Shown piece by piece: positions 8,955 to 16,411 of a stretch of 32,000 nucleotides of DNA. The translations under genes were made by a program, and so were the position numbers. A model generated the notes under the pieces. That model worked only from the letters and a program-made list of their open reading frames with translations, was not told the DNA's origin and made no database searches. Numbering within the stretch: the stretch's first letter is position 1; every line of letters begins with the position of its first letter. Origin of the DNA: Acaryochloris thomasi RCC1774 (lineage in GTDB: Bacteria; Cyanobacteriota; Cyanobacteriia; Thermosynechococcales; Thermosynechococcaceae); contig NZ_PQWO01000008.1 in the NCBI RefSeq assembly GCF_003231495.1, positions 1 to 32,000 of the forward strand, in the 5' to 3' direction.

Positions 8955-9197
8955 ATGCAAGTCGGCGATAGCATCCGAGTCAAAGAATCTGTGACGGTTT
9001 ATCACTACCCCGATCATCGCAACCAACCCTTCGATCTCAGGGGGCAGACGGGAGAGATTATGGCTATTTTAGAATCTTGGCGGGGTCGAGCAATTAGCCC
9101 TAACCTCCCGGTGCATGTCAAGTTTGACAATAAGTTTACAGCTCACTTTTTAGATAACGAACTCGAACCGATCTCTCAAGGTGTAGTGCGTCCATAA
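8955..9197 (+). CDS. ftrV: Ferredoxin-thioredoxin reductase variable subunit
   Basis: MQVGDSIRVKESVTVYHYPDHRNQPFDLRGQTGEI…PNLPVHVKF-NKFTAHFLDNELEP matches the FTR variable-chain family throughout. I chose the ATG at 8955 rather than the track start at 8928. Confidence 0.85.
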   Translation: MQVGDSIRVKESVTVYHYPDHRNQPFDLRGQTGEIMAILESWRGRAISPNLPVHVKFDNKFTAHFLDNELEPISQGVVRP

Positions 9198-9230
9198 CTT
9201 CAAACGTATGGGTCTGCAAGTCGTTTGAAG
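9198..9230 (+). other. Perfect 9-bp hairpin immediately after the ftrV stop, with no U-tract
   Basis: CTTCAAACG (9198..9206) pairs with CGTTTGAAG (9222..9230) around a 15-nt loop. The downstream sequence is not T-rich, so this is not a classical terminator. Confidence 0.4.
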
Positions 9231-9288
9231 TGAAGAATGAAGTCCTATCTGAGTCGTAGGCGCAGTTTGTATTTAAGGTATCTCAAGC

Positions 9289-9915
9289 ATGATCAAAGCT
9301 AGCGAAATTATGACGCGCGAGGTGGTGTCGATCCAAGGCTCGGCCACAGTTGCAGATGCCGTCAAGATGATGAAAGAGAAGAGCCTCCGGGCGCTAATCG
9401 TAGAACCTCGCTACGAAGGCGATCCCTACGGGATTGTGTCTGAGACCGATATTGTCTCCAAGGTAGCGGCCTTTGGACATGCCCCCAAGCAGATGTGGGT
9501 CTACGAAGTGATGACCAAGCCCTGTATCGTGGTGCCCCCTGATTTGGGGTTGGAGTATGTGGCTCGTCTTTTTGCCAACACCCGTATTCGCCGTGCGCCA
9601 GTCGTTGAGGGTAAACTGCTAGGCGTTATCTCAGTTAGCGATATCCTGCGTAAGGGTGATTTTGTCGAAAAGCCAAAGGAGCTTTTCATTGAGGATAAAC
9701 TTGAGGTCGCCCGAGAGGAAGCCCGCACCATTTGTGCGGAGAAAGGCCCCACAGCCCGTGAATGTGCCGCGGCATGGGATGTAGTGGAAGAGATGCAAGC
9801 TGCCGCTGCTGATCAGCGGACGAAGCAGAAAGTCGCAGAGACTGCATCATCATCATTTGAGCAATACTGTGCAGACAATCCTAACGCGAAGGAATGCCGT
9901 ATCTATGATGATTGA
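9289..9915 (+). CDS. CBS-CP12 fusion protein, full-length variant
   Basis: 208 aa. A CBS pair is followed by a complete CP12 module: the N-terminal Cys pair (ICAEKGPTAREC), the core AWDVVEE (9772..9792) and the C-terminal loop YCADNPNAKECRIYDD. Confidence 0.9.
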   Translation: MIKASEIMTREVVSIQGSATVADAVKMMKEKSLRALIVEPRYEGDPYGIVSETDIVSKVAAFGHAPKQMWVYEVMTKPCIVVPPDLGLEYVARLFANTRIRRAPVVEGKLLGVISVSDILRKGDFVEKPKELFIEDKLEVAREEARTICAEKGPTARECAAAWDVVEEMQAAAADQRTKQKVAETASSSFEQYCADNPNAKECRIYDD

Positions 9916-10001
9916 GTCGTGCAGGCTTGCTGTCCCTGGCCTTGTGCCAATAAACCATCGGGGACCAACAGCTCTGCTTTAGCAATGGCTCGATCGAGCG
10001 G

Positions 10002-11195
10002 CTATGCCTTCGTATCGTCAATAATGATGACCTGCTCGATTAAAGGCATTTTGAGGAGTCGCTTCGCCACTCCACCTGGGGCAACGGTGTATATAGCACT
10101 TCCGTTTGTATACACCAATGACTTATCAGCTCCAACATCGTAAGAAAGCACGCCTTTACCGATCACCTGTGGATCTTCACCGGGAAGCTGCCGCATAAGC
10201 TGCCAGCTCCGAGGCACAAGGGCCGGGGAGTCTTTGTCTCCGAATCTTTCGTTTTCCTTCGCCATTTCGGCAGGGTCAATGCGCTTGCCCCAGAGAACAA
10301 GCTGATTGTTGGCCTGTATTTGGGGCTTACCTGATTTCAGGAGGGGCTTGCCTGCGTAGAATTTTGTGAACATGTTGAGCCATTCATAAATCGCTCGGAT
10401 GAATCGAAAGGGCATCAAAACAATATCTCGCAGGGTATCGAGCGGGCTGATGCGCCGACGGCGGGGCTGATAGGGACGGCGAATGTAATACATCGTGCCG
10501 TCTGCGACCACCTGAGGAAGCAGGAAGTCATATTTGGGATCTGCAACCAGCGTAGAAATATCGCCTTGCGCGAAGTCTAGTTTTTCGATGGTGTAAGGAC
10601 TTTGATCGACGAGATAGCCGTTGCGATCGCGTGCAATCCCAGCCGACTGATAAACCAGCGCCTTCCCCGTCCCCGGAATCCATCGGGGCGCTAAATCAAT
10701 CGAATCACCCTCCGTAGTTTGTTTCGGTCGGATCCCCTCAATGGACATCGTCGCAATGTGGGCTGAACTGTCTTGCTGCAGCAAAGCACAGGCCACTTCT
10801 TGGTGCTCTGGATGAAAGCTTAGATCTTGAACCGCAAAATCAGCGCTATGAAATAAACGCGATTCTCGATCGCTCACCGGATCAAAACTAAAGATACCGG
10901 CCATTTCCTCCGTTGCCAGCGTGTAGAGAACTTTACCTGCATCGCAAGGACTCACGGCCTTGAAGGTGACAGGGGGTTTCGCCTCTCCAGCTTGATCCTG
11001 CGGAAAAAGATGAGCCGGTAGAATATCCGCCATTGGGTTCTGGGTTTGCTGGGTCTTCCAAGCATTGCGGCGCTGGGTACTTGATATCCGGTCCTGTACG
11101 GTCTTGGCGAAGGCACTATCAACGGTGCGAGCTGGATTTTGTCCCTGCTTTAGATGGAGCTTTCCTCCAGCCAGATATGCGATCGTCAGACTCAT
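10002..11195 (-). CDS. Hypothetical protein (397 aa), possibly beta-propeller-like
   Basis: Long ORF with an ATG start and normal codon texture. Several PD40/TolB-like strands are visible (…KVLYTLA…, …KALVYQS…, …KSLVYTNGSAIYTV…). A basic segment RRPYQPRRRRISP interrupts them. I recognise no family with confidence. Confidence 0.6.
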   Translation of the reverse strand: MSLTIAYLAGGKLHLKQGQNPARTVDSAFAKTVQDRISSTQRRNAWKTQQTQNPMADILPAHLFPQDQAGEAKPPVTFKAVSPCDAGKVLYTLATEEMAGIFSFDPVSDRESRLFHSADFAVQDLSFHPEHQEVACALLQQDSSAHIATMSIEGIRPKQTTEGDSIDLAPRWIPGTGKALVYQSAGIARDRNGYLVDQSPYTIEKLDFAQGDISTLVADPKYDFLLPQVVADGTMYYIRRPYQPRRRRISPLDTLRDIVLMPFRFIRAIYEWLNMFTKFYAGKPLLKSGKPQIQANNQLVLWGKRIDPAEMAKENERFGDKDSPALVPRSWQLMRQLPGEDPQVIGKGVLSYDVGADKSLVYTNGSAIYTVAPGGVAKRLLKMPLIEQVIIIDDTKA

Positions 11196-11425
11196 CGGTC
11201 TCGTCCTGAGAATGTAGAGGTTTATAAAACTGCTTCTATCGTGCCTATCCTAGTTCTGAAGGGATACGGATGTGAATCTTCCGTGACTTTTGATTAAGTA
11301 CGAGCTTGATTTTCAGGACAAAACTGGGCAAGCATTGACCTCTTTCTATAGGCGCTTCTTGGAAAGGTATACTAAGCGTCAATCGCCTTTAAGAATAGTC
11401 ACTATGGGCTTTAGTCTGTTGACGC

Positions 11426-11863
11426 ATGAAAATCTTTCAAGATGATAATTTCCTGGCACTGATTCATCGCATTGAAAATCTAGTCGCCAAAGTATTGTCT
11501 GCGGCTTTGGTGATTGTGATCTTAGTGGCGCTCTTTGAGTTAATCCTTGTGCTCTCGCAAGAACTCCTGACCACTGAACCCATTGGATTCTTTAGTAAAA
11601 CCCTTATTCAGCTCTTTGGATTGTTTCTCAATATCTTGATTGCACTAGAGCTACTTGAGAATGTAACAGCCTACTTCAGGAAGCACGTCATTCACGTTGA
11701 GCTGGTGGTCATGACCGCGTTGATCGCAGTATCTCGAAAAATCATTATTTTTGATACAGAGAAATTTGAGAAGGTTGATTTGATAGCTTTGGCTCTCGCC
11801 TGTCTAGCACTTTCGGTGAGCTATTGGCTGCTGCGCCGAACCTCTGCGAAGAACCAGTCCTAA
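11426..11863 (+). CDS. PsiE-like (phosphate-starvation-inducible E family) small membrane protein
   Basis: 145 aa with four predicted hydrophobic helices. The layout and size are typical of the PsiE family. The family assignment is from memory. Confidence 0.55.
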   Translation: MKIFQDDNFLALIHRIENLVAKVLSAALVIVILVALFELILVLSQELLTTEPIGFFSKTLIQLFGLFLNILIALELLENVTAYFRKHVIHVELVVMTALIAVSRKIIIFDTEKFEKVDLIALALACLALSVSYWLLRRTSAKNQS

Positions 11864-11941
11864 CCCCTGGAATACAATGCAACGTGCAGAGAAGACTGTG
11901 GAGACAGGCTAGACTAGCAGTAGTTCAATTTGGCCCTATCT

Positions 11942-12400
11942 ATGAGTCTCAAAACGCAGATTGGTGACGACATCAAAGCCGCAATGAAGGCGAAGGACAA
12001 AGTCCGTTTAGTTGCGGTCCGCAGCATTAAGAAAGTCATCCTTGAGAAAGAAGTCGAAGCGAGGGTGGAAGGGCGCGACGAGCTAACTGAAGCAGAAGAA
12101 ACCGAACTGCTAGTCCAACAGGCTAAGCAGCGCCGGGACTCGATCGAACAATATGGCAAAGCAGGCCGAGACGACCTAGTAGAGCAAGAGGCTCAAGAAC
12201 TGGCCATTATTGAGGAATATCTGCCTAAGCAGCTGACCGATGCTGAGGTGACGGCTGTGATTACAGAAATTGTTGCTCAGGTAGGGGCCACCTCTCCGAA
12301 GGATATGGGGAAGGTCATGGGACCGGCGATGCAGCGTCTCAAGGGTCAGGCCGATGGCAAAAAGGTTCAGAGCTTGGTGAAAGCAGCGCTAGGGGGGTAA
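11942..12400 (+). CDS. GatB/YqeY-domain protein
   Basis: The MSLKTQIGDDIKAAMKAKDK-RL…R-I…QRRDSIEQY-KAGR-DL…E-…IEEYLPKQL pattern is typical of YqeY. I prefer the ATG at 11942 to the TTG at 11930. Confidence 0.85.
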   Translation: MSLKTQIGDDIKAAMKAKDKVRLVAVRSIKKVILEKEVEARVEGRDELTEAEETELLVQQAKQRRDSIEQYGKAGRDDLVEQEAQELAIIEEYLPKQLTDAEVTAVITEIVAQVGATSPKDMGKVMGPAMQRLKGQADGKKVQSLVKAALGG

Positions 12401-12793
12401 GTCAGGGGCAAAATAGAAATCTTTGCCTTTATCCCCCAAAAAGATCGTGGGTGTGATCCAGATCGCAGGCAGTCCCAAAATCCTGATTTAGTATAGGCTC
12501 ATATACGGAACTTTTATATCGAAACCAACCCCGGTGGCTTTGCTGCCGGGGCTATATGTTAGGGTCGTCAACCAAGAACAAACAATACAGGGCGACGCTA
12601 TCCAAACCGAAGATTTTTTCTATCACAGCTTTCTGCTCTGTAGCAGTACTCGACTGAGCTAGGACAGCCTTTCTTTGACAGATATAGCAACCGTTTCAAC
12701 ATCTTAATCAATACGCATACTGCTATGTGGCTGGGTTCAGGGGCGCTATGATCTTGGAGATCTCAGCTGCGTCAATCAACTTACCACTCTAAA

Positions 12794-15238
12794 ATGGCCC
12801 CAGCGCTTCATGTATTAGGAATTAGGCACCACGGTCCTGGTTCTGCCCGCAGCCTCCGAAAAACCCTCAAGGAACTGCAGCCGGATATCTTGCTCGTAGA
12901 AGGGCCACCCGATGCCGAGGATGTCCTCAAGGCGCTGGGGCATCCTGACCTGAAACCTCCCGTAGCGCTGCTGATTTACGCCCCTGAGCAACCCCAGTCT
13001 GCTGTTTACTATCCGTTCTCAGTCTTTTCGCCAGAGCTGCAGGCGATTCAGTATGGTCTAAAGCAGCAAATCCCAGTGCGGATGATGGACCTGCCCCAAA
13101 CGCATCAGCTGGGTCTACAGCAGCTAGAGAAAGAAAAGGCGGAGCGCCTCGCCCAGGAATCCCCCGAAGCGACAGAGACTCTGATGCCAGAAGAGACACC
13201 TATTGCGATCGCAAGTCCCACGGATCCATCTACTTCTGAGCCAAAAGATCTGAATGCGGCAGGTGTTGAACCTCAAAGTTTTGACCTCGAAAATCTTGAG
13301 TCTGAGCGTTCAGATCCCGAACCTCATGAAGCGGATCATCCTGTCGAACAAATAGCACTGGAAGTCCTGAGAATTCGTCGAGATCCGCTGACTTGGTTAG
13401 CGCAGGCAGCGGGCTATAGCGATAGTGAACGCTGGTGGGAGCAACTGGTGGAGCAGCGACAGTCGCACGGTGACATTTTTGCGGCCATTTTAGAAGCAAT
13501 GCAGGCGCTGCGCGAGGAATATGAGCAGGTCTTTCCCCTTAAGCCAGAGCATCCCCACGACCATCGGGAAGCGCTGCGGGAAGCATTTATGCGGCGGACG
13601 ATCCGGAAAGCGAAAAAAGAAGGTTTTCAAAAGATTGCGGTGGTTTGTGGGGCTTGGCACGGTCCTGCGTTGGTCGACGCCAAGCACTCTGTAAAAGATG
13701 ACAATGCACTGCTAAAAGGATTGCCTAAATGCAAGGTCAAGTCCACCTGGATTCCCTGGACCTATGAGCGTTTAACCTGGCGCAGCGGCTACGGGGCAGG
13801 GATTGAATCTCCGGGCTGGTACCACCACCTCTGGTCTCACCCTACAAATCCGGCGGTTCACTGGCTAACCCGGGTGGCCCGTCTGCTGCGTCAACAGGAT
13901 ATTGATGCTTCTTCTGCAAGCGTAATTGAGGCAGTAAGGCTTTCTGAGACACTAGCTGCGATGCGTGATCGCCCCACTCCCGATCTGGATGATCTAAACG
14001 AAGCAACCCAAACGGTGCTTTGCTTTGGCGATGATTTGCCGATGAAGCTAATTCACGAGCGGCTGATTGTTAGCGATCGCATCGGTCAAGTCCCGGAAGA
14101 TACCCCCCTTGTTCCGCTCCAGCTTGATTTACAGCGCCTGAGAAAGACCCTGCGTTTGAAACTGGATGTGGTGGCGAAGGAGCTGGAATTAGATCTGAGG
14201 AAGGAGAATGATTTGTTGCGATCGCAACTCTTCCATCGCCTCAACCTCTTGGGCATCCACTGGGGCAAAACCACCTACAGCCGCAGCAAAGGCACCTTCA
14301 AAGAAGCTTGGTCAATCTGCTGGGAGCCTGAGTATGAGCTATCTCTGATTGAAGCAGGGCAATGGGGAAACACCATCGAGGCCGCTGCGATCGCCTACGC
14401 CTGTCACCAGTCAGAAACTGCCCCGAATCTACCTGCATTAACAGCGCTATTAGATCAGGTCTTACTTGCAGATCTGCCCGCTGCCATTGCCTCTCTAATG
14501 ACGCGACTCCAGGCGGAGGCTGCGGTGGCTAGCGATATCGCTCACCTGATGTCGGCTCTACCGCCCCTCGCAAATATTTTGCGCTACCGTGATGTGCGTC
14601 AAACCGATACCGAAGGCGTCGCTCAGGTAGTCGAAGGTCTAATCGTTCGCATCTGCATTGGCCTACCAGGAGCCTGCGCTTCTCTAGACGACGATGCTGC
14701 CACCGCAATGGAGGAGCAGATCAACAAAACTCACAGCGCTGTAAAGTTGCTGCAAAATGAAGACTATCTCAAAGATTGGCAAGGAGCGCTGCTTCAGCTT
14801 GCTGATCAGCAACAGCTTCACGGTTTACTATCTGGACGCTGCTGTCGCCTGTTACTCGACGATGGTTGTCTCGACTCAGAAGAAGCGGCACGGCGGTTAC
14901 ACCTGGCTCTATCCACCGCCAACGAACCTGCCCAAGCCGCCAATTGGATCGCCGGATTTTTGCAGGGCAGCGGCCTCCTACTGATCCATGACGAAACGAT
15001 TTTGCCCGTCCTCGATCAGTGGGTAACAGACCTCTCCAAAGACGCCTATACCGGTCTTCTGCCACTCCTGCGACGGACATTTTCAGAATTCTCGCCAGCA
15101 GAACGACGTCAGATGGGGGAGCGCGTGAAGCGGGGCAAGTCTCAGACAGCGATGACGAACGCCAGCCAGAATTTAGACTTAGATCGCGCTCAGGGCGCTC
15201 TACCTTTGATTGCCCAAATACTAGGACTGCAGCCATGA
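12794..15238 (+). CDS. DUF5682-family protein (814 aa)
   Basis: The N-terminus LHVLGIRHHGPGSARSL…LQPDILLVEGPPD is the hallmark start of DUF5682 proteins. A large helical C-terminal region follows. An acidic low-complexity insert lies at about aa 110-195. Confidence 0.8.
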   Translation: MAPALHVLGIRHHGPGSARSLRKTLKELQPDILLVEGPPDAEDVLKALGHPDLKPPVALLIYAPEQPQSAVYYPFSVFSPELQAIQYGLKQQIPVRMMDLPQTHQLGLQQLEKEKAERLAQESPEATETLMPEETPIAIASPTDPSTSEPKDLNAAGVEPQSFDLENLESERSDPEPHEADHPVEQIALEVLRIRRDPLTWLAQAAGYSDSERWWEQLVEQRQSHGDIFAAILEAMQALREEYEQVFPLKPEHPHDHREALREAFMRRTIRKAKKEGFQKIAVVCGAWHGPALVDAKHSVKDDNALLKGLPKCKVKSTWIPWTYERLTWRSGYGAGIESPGWYHHLWSHPTNPAVHWLTRVARLLRQQDIDASSASVIEAVRLSETLAAMRDRPTPDLDDLNEATQTVLCFGDDLPMKLIHERLIVSDRIGQVPEDTPLVPLQLDLQRLRKTLRLKLDVVAKELELDLRKENDLLRSQLFHRLNLLGIHWGKTTYSRSKGTFKEAWSICWEPEYELSLIEAGQWGNTIEAAAIAYACHQSETAPNLPALTALLDQVLLADLPAAIASLMTRLQAEAAVASDIAHLMSALPPLANILRYRDVRQTDTEGVAQVVEGLIVRICIGLPGACASLDDDAATAMEEQINKTHSAVKLLQNEDYLKDWQGALLQLADQQQLHGLLSGRCCRLLLDDGCLDSEEAARRLHLALSTANEPAQAANWIAGFLQGSGLLLIHDETILPVLDQWVTDLSKDAYTGLLPLLRRTFSEFSPAERRQMGERVKRGKSQTAMTNASQNLDLDRAQGALPLIAQILGLQP

Positions 15239-16398
15239 GTGACGAACGCTTGCGACGATGGCGACTGATTCTCGGGGGCGGATCTGCTGACGGAATTGCT
15301 AGTGAGGGCTTTAGTCTCGGACCTACAGATGCATCGATGGATCAGGCACTCTCTTCTCTCTACGACGCTCAGGGCGGAGGGCGGTCAGGGGGCTTAGGCA
15401 GTTCTTCTCCTAAAGTGGCACGCTGGCTCGGTGATATCCGCAGTTATTTCCCCAGCTCGGTGGTGCGAGTCATGCAAAAAGATGCCCTAGAGCGGCTTAA
15501 TCTGCACCAGATGCTAATGGAGCCAGAAATGCTAGAGGCAGTGGAGCCAGACGTTCATATGGTGGCAAATCTGCTATCCCTAAGCGGTATTATGCCCAGC
15601 AAGACCAAAGAGACGGCTCGGATCGTGGTCAATCGAGTCGTCGAAGAACTGCTTAGGAAACTCTCTAACCCCCTGCAGCAGGCGGTGATGGGCAGTCTCA
15701 ACCGCGCCGTGCGGAACTCCCGTCCTCGTCACAACGAGATTGACTGGAATCGTACAATTCGAGCCAATTTGAAACATTATCAGCCGGAGTATCAGACCAT
15801 CATTCCTGAGCGGCGGATTGGCTTTGGCCGCAAGCGTTCGTCTCTCAAAGATATTGTGCTGTGCGTTGATCAGAGTGGATCGATGGCGACTTCTGTGGTC
15901 TATGCAAGCATCTTTGCGGCGGTCCTAGCCTCTCTACCAGCGGTCAAAACCCACATGGTGGTGTTCGATACGGCGATCGTTGATCTGACTGAGATGCTGC
16001 AAGATCCGGTGGACGTTCTGTTTGGAACACAGTTGGGGGGTGGAACCGATATCAATCGAGCTGTGAGCTATTGCCAAGGCCTAATCCGCAAGCCCGAAGA
16101 CACTATTTTTGTGTTGATTAGCGATCTATACGAGGGCGGAGATAATCGCTCAATGCTGAAGCGCATGGGGAGTTTGGTGCAAAGCGGTGTGCAGTGCGTT
16201 ACGCTGTTGGCCCTTAATGATGATGGTGCTCCTTGTTTTGATCATCAGAATGCAGCCAAGTTTGCGTCGTTGGGAATTCCTTCTTTTGCCTGCAGTCCTG
16301 ACCAGTTTCCGGGGCTGATGGCAGTTGCGATCGCACGTCAAGATCTCAGCCAATGGGCTGCAAAAGAAGAAATTGTAACAGCGGCCATGATGAAATGA
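15235..16398 (+). CDS. VWA (von Willebrand factor A) domain protein, CoxE-like
   Basis: MSDERLRRWRLILGG N-terminus and the MIDAS motif DQSGS (15868..15882). The start ATG overlaps the DUF5682 stop (ATGA at 15235..15238). The upstream part of the ORF-track entry (15019..15234) lies inside the DUF5682 gene and I reject it. Confidence 0.85.
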   Translation: MSDERLRRWRLILGGGSADGIASEGFSLGPTDASMDQALSSLYDAQGGGRSGGLGSSSPKVARWLGDIRSYFPSSVVRVMQKDALERLNLHQMLMEPEMLEAVEPDVHMVANLLSLSGIMPSKTKETARIVVNRVVEELLRKLSNPLQQAVMGSLNRAVRNSRPRHNEIDWNRTIRANLKHYQPEYQTIIPERRIGFGRKRSSLKDIVLCVDQSGSMATSVVYASIFAAVLASLPAVKTHMVVFDTAIVDLTEMLQDPVDVLFGTQLGGGTDINRAVSYCQGLIRKPEDTIFVLISDLYEGGDNRSMLKRMGSLVQSGVQCVTLLALNDDGAPCFDHQNAAKFASLGIPSFACSPDQFPGLMAVAIARQDLSQWAAKEEIVTAAMMK

Positions 16399-16411
16399 AC
16401 CGTATCCTTTT

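Noticed and set aside
9919-10143. A 74-aa plus-strand ORF after the second CBS-CP12 gene.
   Set aside because: It overlaps the 3' end of the convergent 397-aa gene and has a Cys/Pro/Ser-rich, non-protein-like composition.
15019-15234. The 72-codon N-terminal extension of the VWA ORF as given in the ORF track.
   Set aside because: It lies entirely inside the DUF5682 coding region in another frame and is Arg/Ser-rich junk-like sequence. The conserved VWA N-terminus MSDERLRRWRLILGG begins at the ATG at 15235, which overlaps the upstream stop.
14769-15236. A 155-aa minus-strand ORF, together with similar antisense or off-frame ORFs (e.g. 2490..2810, 4357..4653, 9501..9752, 12927..13199, 13230..13499, 19059..19319, 25271..25597, 29595..29963).
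   Set aside because: All are embedded in well-supported genes on the other strand or frame. They have Arg/Ser/Pro-rich low-complexity translations typical of shadow ORFs in GC-rich coding DNA, and I recognise no family motifs in them.
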